Assembly (NCBI GenBank): GCA_964016885.1 | Contig: OZ024741.1 | Location: 101,494,001-101,558,000 of the forward strand | Origin: Eledone cirrhosa | Taxonomy: Eukaryota | Reading direction: 5' to 3' | Length of the DNA: 64,000 bases | Program-made: the position numbers and the translations under genes | Notes under the pieces: model-generated | What the model was told of the DNA's origin: nothing | What the model saw: the letters and a program-made list of their open reading frames with translations, nothing else | Databases searched by the model: none | Shown: piece after piece, positions 25,386 through 36,164 of the stretch | How positions within the stretch are numbered: the stretch's first letter is position 1 | How the letters are laid out: each line of letters starts with the position of its first letter

Positions 25386-26654
25386 ATCTTTTCACTCGGA
25401 GAATATAAAATTCCCGAGTTCAAATTACGAACTGGCGCTATTCAAAATTGTTTTCGAGTATTATGCCGAAAATAACGTATTTAAAATTAAACCAGTATTT
25501 GCACCTGGTTGATACTTCAAAGCTCCTATTAATTAATTTCACCTGCCCATAAAAGTCAAATTTAACCAAAAGAATCAGGTAAAATTATATAATTGTAAAT
25601 TATTGATATTTAAACATCTGACAACATTTCAAGCCTGCACATAGAAAATTAAGAAAATGACAAACAATAAAATTGATAACCCTCTTGAGTATGATTAACT
25701 CAAAATAATTGTTTCTACTTTTGGCACAAGGCCAGCAATTACCCAGTACATTACTGGTACTTTATTTTATCGACCCCATAAGGATGAAAGGCAAAGTTAA
25801 CCTCGATGGGATAATGCGAACAGATAAGCATGACGTTTGAAAATTAATGCGAATGCTAAAGGGTTAAGATGGATATCCAAATAAATATTATATGGTAGTC
25901 TAACCTATAGGCAGTTAGAGCTTTAATAAAAAAAAAATTAACAAGAATGTAAACGGAAAATGAATCTGGTTCAAGTATTTGATAAAAGAATGAATGAAAG
26001 GTTCTATGAGGACAAGAAGGGATTATTTCATTCCTAGAGTTGAGGAGACTAATTTTAGGGCTGTATCGGTAGAGGGTCGGACGTCATGCTTTGACGCATA
26101 GAGTTACGGCCCTTTCCATTCTGAGTTCAAATCCCGCCGAGGCAACTTTGCCTTTCATCCTTACGGGGTCGATAAAATAAAGTACCAGTAATGTACTGAG
26201 TAATTGCTGGCCTTGTGCCAAAAGTAGAAACAATTATTTCTAATGCCTCAGTCAAACAAAGATTACATCTAGTTCACTGCCTCCATATGGTTTTGCTGAA
26301 TTAATAATACTGCATCTCATATAGTGTTGAATATTATCATTTTTAGAAACCAAATTAGTTTAGCTAAAGATGTAGAAATTAAAAAATCTTTCATTCTTAA
26401 AAGAGTGTTGAGGCACATAAAACCTAATTTTAAAATTATTAGCAGTTGTCCCTATGTAATTAAAGGATTTGTTAAAACTTCATACTTATACACTACATTA
26501 CTTTTAAAATAATCTCCTCTAAGTTAGTGAAAAACCTTTAGATTGCTCTATTTGGGAAATATAATAAGAGATATATAGTAAATAGGTGTACATGAACCTC
26601 ATCAGTATTTAGCAAATGGTATTTTAAAGAAATAGTTAGAAGGATTATAACAGT

Positions 26655-26976
26655 TGTTAGATGTAAGAACAAGAATAAGTAATTTTTCTTCATATATATA
26701 GGTTTACTTCACTTTAATTAAAAAGTACAATAAAACAAGTTACCACGAGTTGCGGAGGTTGACAATGTTATTCGTTGTTGGTTCGTGAGAGTGTTGCTCT
26801 TGGTATGTTGACTCCACATGTTGTGGGTGAACTCAAAAGTGGGAGAAGGCAAAGTTACAGCTGTTCTCCAGGGCTGGTGCGTTGTAAGAGAGAGAGCACT
26901 CTCGGTCTCTCACTTTATAGTCCCCAAGGGACGTAACTCTCATTACTTCTGGTTCTCGACGCTAGGGGTCACTACA
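26655..26976 (-). repeat. 3' LTR (~320 bp) TGTAG...TAACA
   Basis: Follows the PPT; contains TATAAA; 3' boundary approximate. Confidence 0.7.
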
Positions 26977-27101
26977 ATACCCTCCTCCAGACGATAGGCG
27001 AACAACCCAAAGGTAATTGTAGCGAACCCGCAAGCATGGGATCAAAGCAAAGGTATGAAACAAAGGGAAAAGAAAAAAGAAAAGGCTCCATAGTGGCCAG
27101 T

Positions 27102-28637
27102 TCAGATGAAAACTGTTTGACAGAGTTTTTTGGGCCAGTAGGCTCTTCGACCGGAATGGGTCATGGTCTTGTATCTAGGTGAAGGTGGGGCACAAGGAGC
27201 AGGTGTATGTACAATAGAGAAAAATTGGAGTTGTGGTTCAGGTGTATGAGCGTCTGTGTATGCCCTTTTTAGTCTATCAACCAAAATTGTCTCTCTGGAT
27301 CCCTTAATGTCTACAGTGAAATGTTTGTCAGTACATGCTAACACACGGTAGGGTCCAGAGTACGGTTGTGTGAGAGGTGGACTAACGGCATCGTTTCTGA
27401 CAAAGACATGTGTCCACGAGGCAATATCCCTCAGGACTGCAATTTTAATAGTTTGTTTCCTGGTATCCATAGGCGGTGAGTCCTGAAAATATGAGCGCAA
27501 ACGAGATACGTAGGCAAGAGGATCTTGAATAGCAAGATCAACAGGGCCAAGCATTTGCCCAGGCAACACTAGAGGAGCACCATACAATAATTCAGCCGAG
27601 GAGAACCCAAGGTCCTCCTTTATTGAAGACCGAATTCCTAACAACACAATAGGAAGGTACTCGCTCCAACGTAGAGAGTCTGGATAGACATGAAGAGCGG
27701 CCTTTAATTGGCGGTGAAAACGCGCCACCATTCCGTTTGAAGCAGGATGGTAAGATATGGTCCGAATGCGTTGAGCGGCAATAATTTTGATCAACTCTAA
27801 GAAAAGATGTGATTCAGATTGCCTACCACGGTCTGTAGTAATTGTGGTTGGCACGCCATAGCGGGCAATCCATCCTGATACCAGGGCACGCGCTATCGTC
27901 TCGGCGGTAATGTCCTTTAAGGGGATGGCTTCAGGCCTTCGCGAAAAACGATCAATGCAGGTCAAAAAGTAAGAATATCCACTACTGACTGGCCAAGGTC
28001 CAACGATATCGATGTGGATGTGTTGAAAACGAGCATCCAGAGTACTAAAAGTACCTAGTGGAGCCCGGATGTGTCTGTGGACTTTAGATTTTTGACACTG
28101 TATGCAGGAACGGCACCAAGCACTAATTTCGCGCCTCATATTTGGCCAGAAAAATCTAGCCGTTATGAGCTTTACTGTGGCTGAAGATCCTGGGTGAGAA
28201 ATGCTGTGCAAAGCAAGGAACACAATTCGACGGCGAGTCTTGGGAACATAAGGTCGTGGTGAATCCATAGATACATCGCAGAGAATCTGCTTGTCGGTAG
28301 TCAACAAGGGCAGATATTTCAGGTTGCAAGTCGCAAATTTGGTTGATGAAGTATCCAACAATTCGAGTGCAGGTTGGTCTGCTGCCAAACGACTTAAATC
28401 TATCTCCTGGGATGACGAAATTGAGCTGATTGGCAAGCGTGTCAAGGCGTCTGCAGCTGTATTTAGTGAGCCAGCAATGTGCTGGATATCATTGGTAAAC
28501 TGCGAAATGTAATCAAGGTACCTTGTCTCTCTGGGCGAATATTTGTTGGCTTTAGTCCTCAACGCGAAGATCAGAGGTTTGTGGTCAGTGAAAACTTTAA
28601 AATTTCTCCCCTCAAGAACATGAGATAAATGTTTCAC
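27102..28637 (-). CDS. pol: Gypsy RNase H C-terminus + integrase (third catalytic Glu appears substituted: NGMVAR)
   Basis: ORF track, 511 aa. Confidence 0.85.
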   Translation of the reverse strand: MKHLSHVLEGRNFKVFTDHKPLIFALRTKANKYSPRETRYLDYISQFTNDIQHIAGSLNTAADALTRLPISSISSSQEIDLSRLAADQPALELLDTSSTKFATCNLKYLPLLTTDKQILCDVSMDSPRPYVPKTRRRIVFLALHSISHPGSSATVKLITARFFWPNMRREISAWCRSCIQCQKSKVHRHIRAPLGTFSTLDARFQHIHIDIVGPWPVSSGYSYFLTCIDRFSRRPEAIPLKDITAETIARALVSGWIARYGVPTTITTDRGRQSESHLFLELIKIIAAQRIRTISYHPASNGMVARFHRQLKAALHVYPDSLRWSEYLPIVLLGIRSSIKEDLGFSSAELLYGAPLVLPGQMLGPVDLAIQDPLAYVSRLRSYFQDSPPMDTRKQTIKIAVLRDIASWTHVFVRNDAVSPPLTQPYSGPYRVLACTDKHFTVDIKGSRETILVDRLKRAYTDAHTPEPQLQFFSIVHTPAPCAPPSPRYKTMTHSGRRAYWPKKLCQTVFI

Positions 28638-29513
28638 CGACAGATATATGGCTAATAACTCCTGACCAAACGTGCTCTAACGAGTTTCTGCCGGTTTCAG
28701 CTTCCTGGAGAAAAATGCCAAAGGTTGTTGGTTTTCAGCATTATACTGTTGTAAAACTGCTCCCACAACGGTATCAGATGCATCGACACAAAGCGAAAGC
28801 TTGGCCTCTGGTACTGGGTGGGTTAGCAAAGATGAATTGGCAGTCTGGAAATCTTCGAGTTGTGCTTGTGTCAAAGAAATATCCTCATGGGATGTAACTC
28901 TCATTACTTCTGTTTCTCGACGCTAGGGGTCACTACAAGTTCATTTAAGTGAGATATTTAATAACTAAGAATGCATGACAACTCGACAGGTAGTCAATGA
29001 GTGGCTGATAAGGTGAAAAGTCACCAAAACATCTAGATGTCATATGAGGTAACTTCTGGTAAATATTCTATATTCTCTTTGGCAACATGATAAAATGCGC
29101 TCAGTACATTTTGTAAAGTGGTTGGTGATAAGAAGGGCATCCATCCATAGAAAACTACCCAAAGGGTAGAGAGGACTATTCAGTTGTGTCAAAGATATGA
29201 CAACGTCTCCAGTGCTGTTGCCACGGTAAAATGCACGGTTTACTCTGTAGAAATATATGTGAGATGTGGGCTGTCGGCCCATCTGAAAAATCAGTAACTG
29301 ATTAATTACTGACTTGGTCTGTGATGACCTGTCCAACCCTTGCTAACAAGGAAAATAGATATTAAATGATAATGATGCTATATTTGAGGTTCATTCTTTC
29401 CATTTGTTTAATTCAGAAATATAAACCCTTTGTACCAACTCCTTGTTAAATCATTCTGTACTTTCATTACTGTTGCATATGGCACTAAATTGTGATACAT
29501 GGATAGTGATTAA

Positions 29514-29724
29514 CCCTTTAGCATTCACATTATTTTATATATATACTATTATATTTTCATGGTAAAGACTTTACCTCACATAATTATCTTGCATAATATC
29601 GAATCTAAGAGATTTTGAAAGTATTTATTTTGAGAACAATACCTTAACATCAGTTTGAGCGACCAGTTACAGCCAGTTTCAACAGAAGGAGATGAGAATT
29701 CTGGCCGGTTTGAACACTAAAGGG
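29514..29724. mobile_element. piggyBac-type MITE
   Basis: TTAA|CCCTTTAGCATTCA ... TGAACACTAAAGGG|TTAA. Confidence 0.75.
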
Positions 29725-30464
29725 TTAAACACTGAATATAACATTTTCATTTTACAACATAAAATGTTTCTAATCATAATCTGTAGGGTGCACCATAGGT
29801 TATTTATTGAATAGGTACAATGAGACATTTTGAATAATAAAACATTTATTATAATTGTTTTTACTTTTACATACTCTCTGATTTAGTGAATTGCTGTTTA
29901 TGGTGCATGAATTCTGGTTCACCCTGTATATGACAGCATATTGAGAAAACATTAGAGAAGCTGGATTCTCCTTTAGTGTATCTATTTTTTTTTGTACTGC
30001 TTCAGTTTTTTTATGTGTTGCCTAACAAATCTTACCACAAAGAATTTGCTTTGCACTCATAAAATAAGGACCAGTAATACTCAACGAAGGATGACTTGGT
30101 AACATGTACTATGCTTTCACTAATGGTGTCAGACAAACAGATATCCTCTTGGCTTCCTCATCCTTAACCCAGTGGAACATCTGGGATGTGACAGCAACAG
30201 CATAGAGAGAAAGAGAGTGTATGTTTGATGGGGTGGGGGCTTGTGTCACCATTTGGTTGAAGCTTTCTTTGTCAACTCCAAAAGAATGAAAGGCAAAGTA
30301 GACCTCAGCGGGGTTTGAATAAAGAAAGCCAGAACAAATATTGCAACACATTCCAATTATTCTGCCAAATCGACTACTATCAGTACCAGTAATATGCCTT
30401 TAATAAATGGGTTTTTTTTCTTAACAAAAATTTTTGTAAGAATTAAACTTTTTTTTGACAACAG

Positions 30465-30664
30465 GTTCTTCATAATGAACTAAACGAAACTCCTTCCAAA
30501 GCTGAAATGAATGCATTATATGAACAAATTACAGGTACTCCTGCTTTATCTGTGAATGACCTTAATTTAACTTATGAAGATCCTGAAAAAATTACCACGA
30601 ATATGAAGAAAACTGTATTACTTGTATGGCAAGCATGTGAAATTTACAAATTATATGAGGAAAG
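30465..30664 (+). CDS. Host gene A exon (VLHNEL...EMNALYEQITG...ACEIYKLYEE)
   Basis: T-tract + ACAG acceptor, AAG|GTTTGT donor, 200 nt open, phase 0/2. Confidence 0.8.
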
Positions 30665-31334
30665 GTTTGTATTTTGCATTTAATTACATCATCATTTTAC
30701 ATCCGCTTTTCCCTGCTTGCAAGGGTGGGACGGGAACTGATTCTGGCTTGATTTCTACAGCTGGATGCCCTTCCTAACACCAACCTCATTTACAGTGTGG
30801 GCTGGGTGCTTTTTTGCCGTGGCACCTCCACGACCACTTTGCAGTCCCTATCATCTCATTTCTACAGCTGAGTAAACTGGAGCAATGTGAAATAAAGTGT
30901 CTTGCTCAAGGAAACAACACATCACCCAGTCTGAGAATTGAAGTCACAACCTTTCGATTGCAAGGCCAATGCTCTAACCACTAAGCCATGTGTATACTTA
31001 TTTATAAGTTGCACCCTTTTCAATGTAAATACATGAAAAGCCAATAAGCAACTTATCTATTGGATCTACAAAACCTTAACTGAAAATATGTGATACACAG
31101 TAAATGTATGAAAAATAGGTGTAATCTACACACAAATATATAACCATGCCTCATCAAACTCATGCCAGCATGGAAAAATGGATGTTAAATGATGCTGATG
31201 CAATAGTTTAGTTATATGAAGTATCAGTAACCTATTTATTTATTTAATCAATTTGAATGGCCATATAGAGCTCGTAAGCCATGACAGACTAGAGGTAGTA
31301 TCTAGTACTTCTTACAGTTAAGAAACAAAAAACG

Positions 31335-32290
31335 GCAAGATTGGTTGTCTTGTTCGTATAGGACTGTCTGGCGGCTGGATGCCCTTCCTAACACCAAGCA
31401 CGTTTACAGTGTGGACTGGGAGGTTTTTACCGTGTTACCTACACGGCCACATTACAACGTGGACTGTGTTTTTTTGTTGTGACACCTACACGACCTCATT
31501 TGTTTCGGACTGGATGTTGTGGTACCAACATAACTTTACATTGAAAGGGGTGGTGTGGATGGGGTGGGACGGGGGTGTATTTTTGTTAGAGGTGCCTACT
31601 GACTAGGTTTCACTTTGTACTTAGGCAAGGCGAGTCTTCTGTATTACTGTGTAGCGCCAAAGATCTCGATCCAGTGACATTGTCTTGGAGAGGTGTAAGT
31701 GTGTGAGGTCGGAATTTAACGTGACCATACCAACGCAGTCTTCTCTCGAGTAAACAACATCTGATCCCTCTTATTCCTAATTTCTCACTTAGTTCATTTA
31801 TGCTTTGCCGTTCACGTATATTACTATTACACATCCAACGGAGCATGCAAGCTTCATTCCTTTCCAGTCTGCGTAGATCCTCTGCACACAATGCCCATGT
31901 AACATCGATGTTCGTATGCAGGTATCATATAGCCTGCTTTTCATTTTTAGAGAGAAACCTTTAGCGGCCAATAGTGGTATAAGCTCTCTGAACTTTTCCC
32001 ATCCCGTTCTGACTCTAGCTACTGTACTTTCAGAGCACCCTCCACCACTGCTGATTTTGTCACCCAGGTAACGGAAGGTGTCCACTATTTCTATAGAACC
32101 ATCTATGCAATGGAATGAGCTAGTATTCTGTGGGCACTTGCTGCTACTTATTGCACCAGAGCACCAGCCACATATAAAATCTATATTCTTAGTTAGCTTA
32201 CCTGTGATCCCACTACATCTTTTATGCACCCATACTTTGCATTTGGAACATAAAATGGAGTTTCTGCCTGAGCATGGCCATTTCCCAGAT
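31335..32290 (-). mobile_element. RTE LINE 3' fragment
   Basis: ORFs 31798-32229 and 31610-31891 (FRYLGD, RLRWYGHV). Confidence 0.9.
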
Positions 32291-33774
32291 ATAAGTGAAT
32301 ATAAAAATCAAAATTGAAAAAAAAGAAATTAGGGAAGGCCAACGGGAGGCAAAATAAGCAGGGTTAGCTGTAAAGCAGCTAGTTCTATTGTTGAATCCTT
32401 TTGTAGTCTCCATGTACTCAAAGATTTTGTTTATAGTTGGTAGATCTTTTACAATATATTATATCTCCATTCTTGGTAGTTTTCTAATGGTTGGCTTCAA
32501 GATATCCTCTATCTCTCAAACTGATAGTTTTTACATTGGAACAAATAGTGCCAAAGAGTTTCTGGGAAGTCATCACACGAATATAGAGATGATTCTCTAC
32601 AACCTGTTTGTGATAAAATGTAATTCAATGATATATGTCCAGTTTAGAGCCAGCATAGTTGTGTGAAAAGGTTATATTTACTGCAATGTGTAGTCAGTAT
32701 GGAGTTATCGCAATTATCCAATCATTTAGTTGATTTTAAGGAGTTGGTTGTGAGATTGTTTGGATGTTTGTTGTCAGTGAAGAGACTTACAGGTTCAGAT
32801 AGGTGACCCTGTCAACATCACTTCTGCTCTACCAGTGTTAGTGTAAGGGAAATCAGTATTCAAGTTAATGACAATGAAGATTTCAGAGAGTGAAAGAAGT
32901 GAGTTGACACAGATGTCATTCATGCAAAGATAAGAGAAAGTCAAACAATTAGTGGCAGTCACAGATAAACAAGAGCAGGAAGTATGGTCAAGTGTGAGAA
33001 TTGTTGAGTAATTTTAGTCATTGTTGTCATCATTTTATATCTACCTTCCATGTTGAGATGAGTCTGAACATCTTATCTAGTTACATTTCATATTTGGCAT
33101 GATTTCTATGGCTGGATACCCTTCCTAGCACTAACTCCCTTACAGGGTGTACTTTTCATGACACCAATACTGAGAAGTTGTCACATGCTTGTACTAATGG
33201 CCTGGCCTTTTGTATTATGGCATATGTCTAATCAGCTCAGTCTTGTGTCATTTTCTTTGTGAGTTTCATTATCATTATCACTTTTTCATCTTCACATTCT
33301 CTCCTTTTTCAACCTCTTGGCCATCACTCCCTTTCAAATCACTATCTCAGCTATATTTGCCTTCAAAGGACAGTTGTGGAAACAATTCAAAATCTCAAGT
33401 ATTAATGCTATCATAAAATACATCCAGTACACTGGATAGAAAGGACTCTTTTGTATTGTTGAGGACATGCCAACCTCTCTAGTGCTTGTACCACGATATA
33501 ATACATTCAGTACACCCTGTTAAATGGTTGGTGTTTAGAAGAGCATCCAGCTGTAGAAACCATGCCAAAATTGGAATTATGAGCATAACACAGTCCTCCA
33601 ACTGATCTAAAATAAGGACTGATTCTGACTGTAACGACTTGTCCAAACTATGCCAACATGGAAAATGACATGATGATGATGATATAAACTGGATGAACTC
33701 AATAACCATATAAAAACCCAGCCAATGTGTTGTATTTAAATAATTCAAGTAATGAAATACTCTTTTTTTGCCAG

Positions 33775-33804
33775 GGAAAATGGCATTAAGTTATTTGAGA
33801 ACAG
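33775..33804 (+). CDS. Host gene A 30-nt microexon (RENGIKLFEN)
   Basis: TTTTTTTGCCAG acceptor, CAG|GTATGT donor, symmetric phase 2. Confidence 0.65.
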
Positions 33805-33872
33805 GTATGTTCTTTATCAAATAGGCTTTTTAATTTCTTTGATTTCTAACTAAATTTTACCTTTTTTTCCAG

Positions 33873-33933
33873 GTTTAAAGGAGAAAAAGAAGAGAAGGTT
33901 TTCAGTTTAAGTTTGAAACAATTAAATGAATGA
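33873..33933 (+). CDS. Host gene A terminal coding exon (RFKGEKEEKVFSLSLKQLNE*)
   Basis: TTCTAAC branch point, CTTTTTTTCCAG acceptor, TGA at 33931, ATTAAA at about 33970. Confidence 0.75.
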
Positions 33934-35925
33934 AAGTGTAATTATGTATTTCTTGTAAAGCCTGCTGCTATTAAATATGAGCCATAATGTGGCACAATTG
34001 TTAATTTGAAATATAACCAACCCTAAGTATTTTCATGTTGTGATCCCTGAAAAATCATACTATGCGTGTCAGTCACGTAGGTAAGGAAAACATACTGCAT
34101 CTCTTCTTACTGAATAATGAACAGTTAACATTATTTCCAGCCATACATTATATCTTAGAATTGCATCCATCCAGCTATAAAACTGCAATTATCTGTATTT
34201 CCAAAATTATGTAAAACAAAGTAACAAACATAAAAGAGAGAGCAATGGATTAAAAATATATCAAAACAGTCAATGCTTTGGGAAATTTTAATAAATATAA
34301 ACAAAATAATGCTAATTTGAAAATAAAAAAATTAAAAAAACCCTCATTTTTTTTGCATTTCTTAATTTATCTTTATCTTGATCATATTTAAAAAATACTC
34401 TATCATTCAGGGGCTTTCTTGATTGAGTTATAAATAATCTTAAAATAAACGAACACTAATACTGTTTTTTTTTTAATCTTCACCAAAGATTTATTGACCC
34501 AGAAATCAAGATCAAGTTATTTAATTGTAATTTAGAAAAGATGACAGAAACAGTACATGTACATATTTCTCCAAACTAAATATGATGCACTATAACTCAG
34601 TATATATTTTAAGGTATTAGTTTTAATTTTATTTTATTTAACTTTAAGATAAAAATATAATACAGGCTATGCCTCTGAAATCCAGCAACCTTGCAATCAG
34701 GCCATTAGCTAATCATAGAAAATGACCCCTAAAGGAAGCTTTTACATAAACAATCTCGCTCCACATATGTATATTAATGTTTTAACACTAGAACAAAGCT
34801 TAAAACAAAATAATGCAACTAACTAATGCTTCCAAGCAAGATTTTATTGTTTTGTGTAATGTAATATAAAGTCTAAAACCCCCAAATAACAGTACAAGTT
34901 ATATGTAAGCAGATTTGAGGTCTAACCCGTATCTTCATTATGGTTAAACCTAAATTTTTTCTGAACTATTTTTTTAGAAAAAGAGTATAAAAAATATCAA
35001 ACACAAAATCAGTTTATTAATCAATTATGTTAATGTATTTAAATTAGGAGAAGGAAAAAAAATATTAGCACAAAATAGGGAGTGGGTGGAAATACATTTT
35101 TTTTAATGCCATAATGGATATTGATAGAATATTAATAACTTCCCAGTGTTTTAGTGCTTTTCAGTTCAATATTTCTTCAAACAAGGGTGCGATTGTATCA
35201 ATGATTAAATATATTTAGTATTTTGTTGTAAAAAGAAAACTACCAATCTTGCAAGAAAAATATCATTAAAATCTAATAAACGTCCCCCACATCCTAAAGA
35301 TAATAAATAAAACCATCTTAAAGGTATTAAAATATTTTACTTTAGAATCACTCTTACTGCTTTGGTGGGGTGGGTGTTGTATATTCCATTTAAAAAAATT
35401 TGTTCTTGGTGGTGATAGAAATTTTTGATAAAAAGTTTTACATAAATAATAAAATGAAAAAGTTTTCTAGTATCTCACCTATAATGCATTATGTTGAAAT
35501 AAATACCAAAAGCTTTATGTTCAGAGAATACTGCAGAGCAGAACAATTTAACCATTTGGATCCCTAAATGCTTAAAACCAACAATGGTTCTTTGATACTG
35601 AGCTGTGTGTTTTAAAGTGTTTATATTTAAAACTCTTTTCACCATAATTATATGACTAAATCCGTCTAGATTTTAAATTATTTTCAAAATAATTTGAAAG
35701 TTATAGGCAGTGTCTTTCATTAGAAATATGGTAATGAAAGAGTTAACTTAGGATATTTTGAAGAGAAATGATTGTAAGGTGAAAAAAAGAAGTCTGTGAT
35801 GAATAATGATTTGAAAACTTAAAAAGGTAACACTCTGGGAAGTATTCAACTTTGTTTGCTTTTTTTCATCACGATTTCGCCACTATTTTTGTGTGGGTTT
35901 GATAGGTTTATCTTTCTGTTGTTCT

Positions 35926-35953
35926 TCATGAAGATACCAACACATAGATCATA
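35926..35953 (-). CDS. cni: Cornichon homolog, last exon (SMIYVLVSS*)
   Basis: TTTGCAG acceptor; matches the CNIH C-terminus MIYVLVSS. Confidence 0.92.
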
Positions 35954-36164
35954 CTGCAAAGGTATAGAAAAAGAAACAGGAAATTAGAATTATTGATCTT
36001 TAACAATTTTCATTTTTGAGATATTCATAAATAAGTCGAGTGGATAAGAGCTGACCTGGGGCTAAAAATCAACAACCTTAGAAAAATAAACTGCAAACTC
36101 CTCTTTACCACGTAAACTGAGGTACCATTGGTAATATAAACTAGCAAGGTATTATATTACTATA

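Larger units (their letters stand above)
26655..28937 (-). mobile_element. Ty3/Gypsy LTR retrotransposon, internally deleted (44-bp 5' LTR stub, RNase H, integrase, PPT, 3' LTR)
   Basis: VDAS RNase H (28677-28904); FTDHKPL, HHCC, IDIVGP, TTDRG and GPY in 27102-28637; 44-bp direct repeat 26933-26976 = 28894-28937; PPT GGAGGAGGG. Confidence 0.93.
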
